Translations under genes and position numbers: made by a program
In this document: in pieces, positions 1 to 8,033 of the stretch
Layout of the letters: each line of letters starts with the position of its first letter
How positions within the stretch are numbered: position 1 is the stretch's first letter
The notes under the pieces: generated by a model
Databases searched by the model: none
Seen by the model: only the letters and a program-made list of their open reading frames with translations
Told to the model about the DNA's origin: nothing
Assembly: GCA_964549325.1 (NCBI GenBank)
Contig: CAZJUW010000001.1
Coordinates: forward strand, 1-27,262
Source of the DNA: an uncultured Muribaculaceae bacterium
Lineage (GTDB): Bacteria > Bacillota_I > Bacilli_A > RF39 > UBA660
Length of the DNA: 27,262 nucleotides
Direction of reading: 5' to 3'

Positions 1-1
1 A

Positions 2-355
2 GTAAACTACCTCAATACAGTAATCCAAATGCTTGGATTAAAGGGGATCAAAGCAGTTCATGCAAGAGCGGAGGAATACTATCCCAAAGCGAAAGAACAG
101 TTTGAACTCGTGACATGTAGAGCCGTTGCCAATCTTTCTTTACTATTAAAATATTGTAAGGATCTCATCGCCGAGGATGGTTATTTTATTGCAATGAAGG
201 GAAATATTACGGCAGAATTAGAAGAGAGTAAAAACCTTTGGAAAAAATATCACTATCATTATTGCGATACGTTCTCTTTCCTTCTTCCGTTAGAAAATAG
301 TCATCGTAACTTAATCAAATTTCAAAAAGAGCGATCAATTGTGAGGAAAAATTAG
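2..355 (+). CDS. rsmG: 16S rRNA m7G527 methyltransferase RsmG/GidB, 3' part (runs off window start)
   Basis: Frame is open from base 2 (VNYLNTVIQMLGL...). Motifs VHARAEE, FELVTCRAVA and FIAMKG match RsmG. Sits upstream of noc-soj-spo0J as in Bacilli. Confidence 0.9.
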   Translation, partial: VNYLNTVIQMLGLKGIKAVHARAEEYYPKAKEQFELVTCRAVANLSLLLKYCKDLIAEDGYFIAMKGNITAELEESKNLWKKYHYHYCDTFSFLLPLENSHRNLIKFQKERSIVRKN

Positions 356-387
356 TTTGGCATTTTTTGAAAACGACAAAATTCTTG

Positions 388-416
388 TTGTTTTTCTTTG
401 AAAAGAAGGCTATAAT
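388..416 (+). promoter_or_regulatory. SigA-type promoter for noc
   Basis: TTGTTT(388-393)-17 nt-TATAAT(411-416); SD GAGGG at 446-450. Confidence 0.6.
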
Positions 417-456
417 CTGATTATAGGATTGAAAGAATAAAAAGTGAGGGATTAAG

Positions 457-1791
457 ATGAATCAAGAAAACGAAGTAGTTTATCTACCATTAGATGATAT
501 TATTCCAAATAGATTCCAGCCACGTGAAATATTTGATGAAAAGGCTTTGAACGAACTAGCGGCATCGATTAAAGAGCATGGAGTTATTCAGCCAATTATC
601 GTAAGACAGATTGGAGAAAAGTACGAAATCATTGCAGGAGAACGTCGTTATAAAGCTTCGGCGATGGCTGGTTTGATTAAAATTCCAGCGATTATTCGCA
701 ATTTAGACGACAAAGAAAGCGCAAAAGTGGCGTTACTAGAAAACTTACAAAGAAAAGATTTAAGTCCGATCGAAGAAGCAAGAACCTATCAGAAGATTCT
801 TGAGTTAGATGAAATGACACAGGAAGAACTTGCCAAGACGATGGGTAAAAGCCAGTCAGCCGTTGCCAACAAACTTCGCTTATTGTCTTTATCAGAGGAA
901 GTACAAGACGCTCTATTAAAAGAAAAAATTTCGGAAAGACACGCAAGAGCTCTTTTGAATGTACAAGACCAAAAACAACAGGTTGAACTATTAAATCAAG
1001 TCATCGATTCACGGATGACCGTTCGCGAATTAGATCAGGAAATTCAGAAACTCAATCATTCAGAGGAAGATCCAGAAGGAGCAGAACCAGAAGAAGTAAA
1101 ACTACCGCCAAAGTTCTTTAATTTTGATAGCATCGCTCCAGTTCCAACTGTTGAACCACAACCTGCAGTAGATCCTTCGATGCCATCGGCACTTGGAACC
1201 CCGGATTTAGATGAGTTAAGAGCGAATGCCAAAGATATCAATCCAGAAAAAGCGATTGCGGACCTCGATGCCCTCTTAAAATTAGATGAGGATCAAGTAG
1301 AGAAAGATAAAGTAAAAGAACCAGTCCAAGAACCATTGACGCCAGCACCATTTAAGTTTGTGGACGCCGTAGATCCTATGGACGATAAAGATTCGATTGC
1401 AAGACTAGAGAGTTTATTAAAACCACCAACGGTTCCGGCAACTGAGACAGAAGAAAAACCACAAGCCTCTGTTGAAACACTAGACTTTAGTCTTCCAAAT
1501 CCAACTGCAACTGAAAAACCACGCGCGGAAGAACCAACGGAGGATACCATTATTTTGAATGAACCAGAAAAGACACAAGTCCCACTCCCTAGCCAGAAAT
1601 TAACTCCAGTGGTAGAGGCTCCAAAAGAAACCTATATCTATACTATGAACCAAGCAATTAACGAAGTAAGAGATTCTGTTCGTTTAATTGAACGTAGTGG
1701 GTTTATGGTAGATAGCGAAGAGATGGACCTTGCCGATGAGTACCGCATTACGATTAAAATTGCGAAACAAACACAAGACGCTTTGGAATAA
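457..1791 (+). CDS. noc: Nucleoid occlusion protein Noc (ParB family) with long acidic/Pro-rich insertion
   Basis: ParB CTPase motifs PNRFQPR and IIAGERR; Noc-type HTH KSQSAVANKLRLL and ERHARAL; Noc-like C-terminal domain (AINEVRDSV...ITIKI); position between rsmG and soj. Confidence 0.85.
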   Translation: MNQENEVVYLPLDDIIPNRFQPREIFDEKALNELAASIKEHGVIQPIIVRQIGEKYEIIAGERRYKASAMAGLIKIPAIIRNLDDKESAKVALLENLQRKDLSPIEEARTYQKILELDEMTQEELAKTMGKSQSAVANKLRLLSLSEEVQDALLKEKISERHARALLNVQDQKQQVELLNQVIDSRMTVRELDQEIQKLNHSEEDPEGAEPEEVKLPPKFFNFDSIAPVPTVEPQPAVDPSMPSALGTPDLDELRANAKDINPEKAIADLDALLKLDEDQVEKDKVKEPVQEPLTPAPFKFVDAVDPMDDKDSIARLESLLKPPTVPATETEEKPQASVETLDFSLPNPTATEKPRAEEPTEDTIILNEPEKTQVPLPSQKLTPVVEAPKETYIYTMNQAINEVRDSVRLIERSGFMVDSEEMDLADEYRITIKIAKQTQDALE

Positions 1792-1830
1792 AAGAAAATA
1801 CAAGTAGGATAGAAGTCAATTAGAAAGGAA

Positions 1831-1857
1831 AAAGGTAGATGAAAGGTCTACTTTTTT
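1831..1857 (+). terminator. Putative weak intrinsic terminator after noc
   Basis: AAAGGTAGA/TCTACTTTT stem followed by a T run. Confidence 0.4.
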
Positions 1858-1887
1858 CATAAAGTTGTGTTCAAATAAACCGAACTT

Positions 1888-1896
1888 TGTTAAAAT
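1888..1896 (+). promoter_or_regulatory. Extended -10 promoter for soj-spo0J
   Basis: TG-T-TAAAAT; no convincing -35 at 17 nt spacing. Confidence 0.4.
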
Positions 1897-1927
1897 AGAG
1901 TAGTATTAGAGAGAAAAGGTGGCATAC

Positions 1928-2713
1928 ATGGGAAAAATAATATCATTAGTAAATCAAAAAGGTGGCGTTGGAAAGACAACCACTAGTATCAATCTCTCTG
2001 CTTCCTTAGCAGTATTGGGAAAAAAAGTATTATTGATCGATTTAGATCCACAAGGAAATACCACAACAGGTGTAGGGATCAACAAAGGTGACATCGATCG
2101 CAGCGTCTATGATGTGATCATTGGAAAATGTAAGATCGAAGAAGCCATGATCAGGACAAAATACAAGAATTTAACAGTGCTTCCAGCGACGATTAATTTA
2201 GCAGGAGTCGACATCGAACTATTAGAAAAAAGTCAGACAGATCCTCACTTTTCTAAAGGGTATCAATTAAAGCAATGTCTCGATCCAATCAAAGAGCAGT
2301 ACGATTTTATCATTATCGATTGTCCACCTTCTTTAGGATTGATTACAACCAATGCTCTAGCAGCTTCTAATTCTGTCATCATACCAGTTCAATGTGAATT
2401 TTTCGCTCTAGAAGGAATTATGCAGTTACTGAATACGATCATGTTAGCGCAGAAATCTCTCAATCCAAACTTAGATATTGAAGGAGTCCTTCTGACGATG
2501 CTAGATTCTAGGACAAACTTAGGATTTGAAGTAGTTGAAGATATTCGAAAATTCTTTAAAGAGCGTGTTTATAACACGATCATACCAAGACTGATTCGCT
2601 TGACGGAAGCACCATCTCATGGAGAACCAATCATCGCTTATGATCCCAAAAGCAGAGGATCAGAAGCATATCTTAATTTAGCAAAGGAAGTGATAGAACG
2701 AAATGGAAACTAA
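1928..2713 (+). CDS. soj: ParA/Soj chromosome partitioning ATPase
   Basis: Deviant Walker A NQKGGVGKTTT, DLDPQGN, IIIDCPPSLG. ATG 1928 chosen over GTG 1919 because SD AAGGTG is at 1916-1921. Confidence 0.97.
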   Translation: MGKIISLVNQKGGVGKTTTSINLSASLAVLGKKVLLIDLDPQGNTTTGVGINKGDIDRSVYDVIIGKCKIEEAMIRTKYKNLTVLPATINLAGVDIELLEKSQTDPHFSKGYQLKQCLDPIKEQYDFIIIDCPPSLGLITTNALAASNSVIIPVQCEFFALEGIMQLLNTIMLAQKSLNPNLDIEGVLLTMLDSRTNLGFEVVEDIRKFFKERVYNTIIPRLIRLTEAPSHGEPIIAYDPKSRGSEAYLNLAKEVIERNGN

Positions 2714-3587
2714 AAGGAGAGCATTAGGTCGAGGGTTAGAAGAACTATTCAACAATGAACCGATGGACTATGACAAAATGGAAGAGAAGATCATCAATAC
2801 GACACCACAAAACGAAATTGTAGAGTTACCGCTTTCAGAACTGCGTAGTAATCCATACCAACCACGTAAAATTTTTGATGAGCAAGCATTACAGGAGTTA
2901 GCAAACTCCATCAAGGAACATGGGGTCTTTCAACCAATCATCGCCAAGAAGAGCATCAAAGGATATGAAATTATTGCAGGAGAACGTCGGGTAAAAGCTT
3001 CTATTTTAGCGGGAAAAGAGACAATCCCTGCCATCCTCAAAGATTTTAGCGATCAAGATATGATGGAGATTGCCCTTTTAGAAAATTTACAAAGAGAAGA
3101 TTTAACTCCATTAGAAGAGGCCACAGCTTATCACAATTTATTAGAAAAATTGGCGCTGACGCAAGAACAGTTAGCAAAGCGTCTTGGAAAAAGTAGAAGT
3201 TATATTACGAATATGTTAGGACTCTTAGGACTACCAGAAGAAGTGAAAGATCTCTTGATCGAAAACAAGATTTCTATGAGTCATGCGCGTGTTTTAAGTA
3301 AAATGGAAGACAAAGAAGAAGTGAAGAAAATCGCAGAGCGCATCGTGAAAGAGGGACTGAACGTTCGTGACTTGGAAGTCTTATCTAGTTCGCAGGCGAT
3401 TGTAAAGAAGAATGCCATTTCTAGGAGCAAACCGCGTCTTTCTGCTGAGTATCGCGCTGTGGAAGAAGTGCTTTGCGAAAAACTCGGGACTAAGGTAAAA
3501 GTGACGAAAAATCAAATTCAAATTCATTTCAATAACGAAAAAGATTTAAATAGAATTCTAGAACTTTTAAATCTTGATCAATCATAG
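2703..3587 (+). CDS. spo0J: ParB/Spo0J chromosome partitioning protein
   Basis: N-terminal LGRGL Soj-activating motif, NPYQPR, IIAGERR, HTH KSRSYITNML; overlaps soj. Confidence 0.97.
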   Translation: METKRRALGRGLEELFNNEPMDYDKMEEKIINTTPQNEIVELPLSELRSNPYQPRKIFDEQALQELANSIKEHGVFQPIIAKKSIKGYEIIAGERRVKASILAGKETIPAILKDFSDQDMMEIALLENLQREDLTPLEEATAYHNLLEKLALTQEQLAKRLGKSRSYITNMLGLLGLPEEVKDLLIENKISMSHARVLSKMEDKEEVKKIAERIVKEGLNVRDLEVLSSSQAIVKKNAISRSKPRLSAEYRAVEEVLCEKLGTKVKVTKNQIQIHFNNEKDLNRILELLNLDQS

Positions 3588-3618
3588 TAAAAGAAAATCT
3601 TTCGGAATGGAGGTTTCC

Positions 3619-3807
3619 ATGGAAAACAAGCAAGCATATCAATTAGGATCACATGTTATCATGAAAAAGGCACATCCCTGTGGAACGAATGAATGGGAAA
3701 TCGTGAGGCTAGGAGCAGATATTAAAATTAAATGTGTTGCCTGTGGAAGATGTATCTTCATGCCACGAATTGAGTTTAATAAGAAGTTAAAGAAAGTGAT
3801 TTCTTAG
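3619..3807 (+). CDS. DUF951 family protein (YyzM-like)
   Basis: MKKAHPCG..WEIVRLGADIKIKCxxCGR signature; SD GGAGG upstream of ATG 3619; conserved position after spo0J. Confidence 0.9.
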   Translation: MENKQAYQLGSHVIMKKAHPCGTNEWEIVRLGADIKIKCVACGRCIFMPRIEFNKKLKKVIS

Positions 3808-3819
3808 AAGGGAAGTACC

Positions 3820-5415
3820 ATGAAAGAAAAGAAAAAATTAAAATTTAAAAAGTTCCATTGGCATCCCATTACCACATTCATTGTTTTAACCATTTTCATC
3901 ATCTTGTTGAGTGGGTTATTTTCGGCCTTACAGATGCAGGCTACTTACAGTACGATCAATCCAAATACGAACAAATTAGAATCTGTTCTAGTAACGGTAG
4001 AAAACTTACTTTCTTACGACGGAATGAAATACATCATCAGTAATGCAGCCAGAAATTTCATCAGTTTTACGCCCTTGAGCATGTTACTAATCTCATTGAT
4101 TGGGCTTGCCATTGCCGAGACGACGGGACTTGTGGAAACTTTCTATCACAGAGTTTTGTCAAAGTTTAATAAGAAAACGTTGACGTTCTTCATCATTTTC
4201 ATTGCAACGATTTCTTCTTTGATCAATGAAATTGGCTATGTTTTCATGATTCCACTTGCAGCAATGCTATTTCAAAGTGAAAAGCGAAATCCTCTCGCAG
4301 GAATCGTCACAGCTTTCTGTGGAGTAGCCTTTGGTTACGGTGTCACTCTCTTTGTTGGTTCTTCGGAAGTAGGACTCATTCCATATACGACGTTAGGCGC
4401 AAACCTCATTGATGAAACGTTCCATGTCAGTTTAACTTCCAACCTATTTATCATTATTGCCTTTTCCATTTTCCTATCACTTTTGGGATCATTTGCTATT
4501 GAAAAATTCATCGTACCAAAGATGGGAAAATATAAAGAAAAAGAAGAAACAGAACCGACGCAGGAGTTAGAGATTGTCGATGTTGCAGTAGAAGAACAAG
4601 AAAAACTCAAGCAAGACAAACTAGAAAAAAGAGGTCTTCGTTATAGTCTCATCGTGGCTGTCATCATCATCGGTATGTTCATTTATATGATTATTCCAAA
4701 CTTACCAGGTTCTGGAATGCTCCTTGATATGAGTGAAAAAACCTATTTAGGACAGTTATTTGGCGATAATTCTTACTTTCAAGATGGCTTTACCTACATG
4801 ATTTCTCTTTTATTCATCCTGATGGGAATTGCGTATGGGATTGGAGCCAAAACTATTCGAAATGACAAAGACATCATTCAAGGAATGGAAGAGAAGTTGA
4901 AGCACATTGGTGGTCTCGTCGTCTTGATCTTCTTTGCTTCACAGTTCATCGCTATATTCCGTAAGACTAATATCGGAACCATTCTCTGTGCTTGGGGAGC
5001 AAACTTGATCAAGCAATTACCGTTTACAGGAGTTCCACTCATTCTTGTGGTGATCTTATTAGTTGCTCTTTGCAATTTCGTTTTAACGACGCCAACATCA
5101 AAGTGGGCGATTTTCTCTCCAGTGGTAGTACCATTGCTAATGCAGTCGAATATTTCTCCACAATTTGCTCAAATGTTACTTCGCGCAGGAGATTCGATTA
5201 CGAATGGACTAACTCCATTACTTGCCTTTTTCTGTATCTATGTTGGTTACCTAAATATTTATAATACAAAGAAGGAAAAGCCAATTACCATTCGGGAATC
5301 TATCTCGATGGTTATGCCGTATTTTGGAATTATCACTGCAAGCTGGATCTTATTATTACTTGGTTGGTATTTAATTGGCTTGCCGATTGGTCCAGGGGTC
5401 TATCCAACATTATAA
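3820..5415 (+). CDS. AbgT family transporter (p-aminobenzoyl-glutamate transporter-like)
   Basis: Multi-pass membrane protein with family-like segments (VENLLSYDGMKYI, NFISFTPL, RAGDSITNGLTP, C-terminal GLPIGPG). Confidence 0.88.
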   Translation: MKEKKKLKFKKFHWHPITTFIVLTIFIILLSGLFSALQMQATYSTINPNTNKLESVLVTVENLLSYDGMKYIISNAARNFISFTPLSMLLISLIGLAIAETTGLVETFYHRVLSKFNKKTLTFFIIFIATISSLINEIGYVFMIPLAAMLFQSEKRNPLAGIVTAFCGVAFGYGVTLFVGSSEVGLIPYTTLGANLIDETFHVSLTSNLFIIIAFSIFLSLLGSFAIEKFIVPKMGKYKEKEETEPTQELEIVDVAVEEQEKLKQDKLEKRGLRYSLIVAVIIIGMFIYMIIPNLPGSGMLLDMSEKTYLGQLFGDNSYFQDGFTYMISLLFILMGIAYGIGAKTIRNDKDIIQGMEEKLKHIGGLVVLIFFASQFIAIFRKTNIGTILCAWGANLIKQLPFTGVPLILVVILLVALCNFVLTTPTSKWAIFSPVVVPLLMQSNISPQFAQMLLRAGDSITNGLTPLLAFFCIYVGYLNIYNTKKEKPITIRESISMVMPYFGIITASWILLLLGWYLIGLPIGPGVYPTL

Positions 5416-5514
5416 TGATCAATTTGTGTCAACCATAAAAAAATAAATCCTGTTTTAATTGCGAGGGAAAACCTCTTCTGGTACCTTTAAAAAGGAAGGA
5501 AAGGAAGGGGTTTT

Positions 5515-6756
5515 ATGATGGCAAAAAAGCGAAAAAGTTATGGCTTATTCATCTATATTCTAGGTGCAATCTCTTTACTTTCTGGGATTTATTTAGAAGG
5601 GTCCAACACAATTGTCAATGTCCAAGCGGCCAAATATGCCGTGGCCAATTTATATCAGGACGAAAACCAAGTCGTTCCCAAAGAAGATATTTCCGATCAA
5701 CTTCTATTAGAAGTATATAATAAAATAGAACGAGTCAATCTTCCCGATACCTCTTCCGAAATGGAAGGAAAAATTGCCAAGGTGAAAGAAGCAGTTGCTT
5801 TTCGGAAACAGCTCGCATCATTTCTCGATGAGGATGGCGTCATCAAAGATGGGAAAGAAAGTGAACTATTCTATTTATCGTTACATTATTCCCTTCTAGA
5901 TGAAGAAATCAAAGAAATTTTTGCGAGTTCCATGGACCAATTAAAGCAACAGGCCGTTCGCCTTTCCCTTTTAAAAACACAAATTGCTAGCTTTTATGAA
6001 AACGGAAAGTTAAAATCAAATGTGACACGCGAGCATTATCAATCCCTCATCAATTTGTTGGCAACAATTCCCTCTCAAACAGTTCAAGAGAAGTATCAAC
6101 ATAATCTAGATCAAATTGATGTGGAGTTAACGCAACGAGAGGAAACAGAACGGATTCGAAAACTACAAGAAGCGATCCAAAATGCTTATCGCGTGATTAA
6201 GAATATTCCATACATCAATCAAAATCAAGAAAAAGTTCATAATGGTTGTGAGGTTGCTTCCTTATTGATGGCCGCTAAATATAAAGGTTATTGGCCGAAT
6301 GTCACGTTAAAGGACATTGCCGAAGCTGTTCCAAAAACAAACGATCCACACACTGGTTTTATAGAGTCAATTTGGGAAATTGCCCCGAAAGAGATCGCTC
6401 ATTGGATCGCCCCAGATGCACTTGATCAATTTGCGCGAAGTTATCAAGGTGGCATTGCAACTCGCGACATGACTGGAAGCTCTCTTGATGACTTAAAAAA
6501 AGAAATAGACTTGGGAAATCCTGTGGTAGTTTGGGTGACAGATCAGTTTGAAACCCCAGAGGAAACGAAAGCAGGCCAAGAAGTACCAGCAAATCTACAT
6601 GTAGTCTTATTGATAGGGTATAATGAGATCACGGGAGATTATGTTGTACAAGATCCAGGTGGGACCAACTTTACCTCGGGAGAGAAAATTATCCCAAAGG
6701 CACAATTTGAGTCTGTATGGCAAGCAATAGGACAAAAAGCAGTCGTTATTTCCTAA
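5515..6756 (+). CDS. Membrane-anchored C39-like cysteine peptidase
   Basis: N-terminal hydrophobic segment, helical middle region, then PYINQ..NGCEVAS (Cys), LHVVLLIGY (His), VQDP (Asp). Confidence 0.85.
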   Translation: MMAKKRKSYGLFIYILGAISLLSGIYLEGSNTIVNVQAAKYAVANLYQDENQVVPKEDISDQLLLEVYNKIERVNLPDTSSEMEGKIAKVKEAVAFRKQLASFLDEDGVIKDGKESELFYLSLHYSLLDEEIKEIFASSMDQLKQQAVRLSLLKTQIASFYENGKLKSNVTREHYQSLINLLATIPSQTVQEKYQHNLDQIDVELTQREETERIRKLQEAIQNAYRVIKNIPYINQNQEKVHNGCEVASLLMAAKYKGYWPNVTLKDIAEAVPKTNDPHTGFIESIWEIAPKEIAHWIAPDALDQFARSYQGGIATRDMTGSSLDDLKKEIDLGNPVVVWVTDQFETPEETKAGQEVPANLHVVLLIGYNEITGDYVVQDPGGTNFTSGEKIIPKAQFESVWQAIGQKAVVIS

Positions 6757-6764
6757 ATTGGAAG

Positions 6765-6790
6765 AAGGTGGACTTATGTTCACTTTTTTT
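6765..6790 (+). terminator. Intrinsic terminator after C39 gene, overlapping the ychF promoter
   Basis: GTGGAC-TTAT-GTTCAC stem-loop followed by T7. Confidence 0.65.
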
Positions 6791-6797
6791 GTATAAT
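6769..6797 (+). promoter_or_regulatory. SigA-type promoter for ychF
   Basis: TGGACT-17 nt-TATAAT; SD GAGGAG upstream of ATG 6823. Confidence 0.55.
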
Positions 6798-6822
6798 AAT
6801 TAGCAAGAAATGAGGAGATATT

Positions 6823-7923
6823 ATGGCTTTAACAGCAGGCATTGTTGGGCTTCCGAATGTTGGAAAATCTACTTTATTTAATGCAATTACGAAGAAACAT
6901 ATTTTGGCGGCGAACTATCCATTCGCAACGATTGATCCCAATGTAGGTGTCGTAACAGTTCCAGATCATCGCTTAGAAGTGCTGGAAGAGATGTACAAAC
7001 CAGAACGTCTCATTCCCACTAGTTATGAGTTTACAGACATCGCTGGATTGGTGAAAGGCGCAAGTAGAGGAGAGGGACTTGGAAACAAGTTTTTATCACA
7101 TATTCGCGAGGTGGATGCAATCTGCGAAGTAGTGCGTTGCTTTGATGATGGTAACATCATTCACGTGGATGGGACAGTAGACCCAATTCGTGATATCGAA
7201 ACGATCAACCTTGAACTATCGATTGCCGATTTGGAAATCATTACGACGCGGATTGATAAAGTAGAAAAAAAGGCCAGAACTAATAAAGATAAAGAAACGC
7301 TAGCGGAAGTAGAAGTTTTAAAACGAGCACAAGAGGCGTTAGAGAAAAGTATCCCTCTTCGTCAGGTCGATTTTACGGTGGAAGAGAAACTATTATTAAA
7401 ATCTTATCAATTTCTCACATTGAAACCCATCATCTATATTGCGAATATTCATGAAGACGAAGTCTCAAAGGAAGAAAATGACTATGTCAAAGCAGTTCGT
7501 GAATATGCAGGAAAAGGAGAAGCTAAAGTTGTCGTAATGAGCGCTAAAGTGGAATCGGAACTGAGCGAATTATCGGATGAGGATAAGCAAGAGATGCTAG
7601 AGGCGCTTGGGATGAAGGTAAGTGGACTGGATGAATTGATTCGGGCTACCTACGATTTATTGGGCCTTGCAACTTACTTCACAGTAGGAAAAGATGAGGT
7701 TCGAGCGTGGACGTTCCGTAAGGGGATGAACGCAAAAGAGTGTGCAGGAATCATCCACACGGACTTTGAAAAAGGGTTCATTCGTGCCGAAGTTATGAGT
7801 TATGAAGACTTAGTTAGTTGTGGAAATGAATTGAAAGTAAAGGAAGCAGGTAAAGCAAGATTAGAAGGGAAAGAATATACGATGCAAGATGGTGATATTT
7901 GCCATTTCCGATTCAATGTTTAG
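6823..7923 (+). CDS. ychF: Redox-regulated ribosome-binding ATPase YchF
   Basis: GIVGLPNVGKST, NYPFATI, DIAGLVKGAS, GIIHTDFEKGFIRAEV, C-terminal FRFNV. Confidence 0.99.
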   Translation: MALTAGIVGLPNVGKSTLFNAITKKHILAANYPFATIDPNVGVVTVPDHRLEVLEEMYKPERLIPTSYEFTDIAGLVKGASRGEGLGNKFLSHIREVDAICEVVRCFDDGNIIHVDGTVDPIRDIETINLELSIADLEIITTRIDKVEKKARTNKDKETLAEVEVLKRAQEALEKSIPLRQVDFTVEEKLLLKSYQFLTLKPIIYIANIHEDEVSKEENDYVKAVREYAGKGEAKVVVMSAKVESELSELSDEDKQEMLEALGMKVSGLDELIRATYDLLGLATYFTVGKDEVRAWTFRKGMNAKECAGIIHTDFEKGFIRAEVMSYEDLVSCGNELKVKEAGKARLEGKEYTMQDGDICHFRFNV

Positions 7924-7978
7924 AAAGTAAGGTTCAACGCAATGTTGTAGTAGAAAAGCAATTTTTAGGAAATATTAG

Positions 7979-8007
7979 TTGCTTTTTTATGATAAGCTGA
8001 TTATAAT
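7979..8007 (+). promoter_or_regulatory. SigA-type promoter for the orphan repeat gene
   Basis: TTGCTT-17 nt-TATAAT; SD AGGAAGG upstream of ATG 8034. Confidence 0.6.
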
Positions 8008-8033
8008 AATGGCCATAAGAAGGAAGGAAGACT

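Noticed and set aside
300-380. RsmG lacks the B. subtilis-type basic C-terminal tail (possible truncation or TAG read-through)
   Set aside because: Read-through gives only FGIF-stop, no tail is visible in other frames, and short RsmG ends are common.
1800-3620. parS or Noc-binding sites near soj-spo0J
   Set aside because: No match to TGTTNCACGTGAAACA or ATTTCCCGGGAAAT found by eye here or elsewhere in the window; degenerate sites could be missed.
3805-3822. DUF951 TAG is in frame with the abgT ATG 12 nt later (possible read-through fusion)
   Set aside because: One-in-three chance; abgT has its own SD and DUF951 ends at its usual length.
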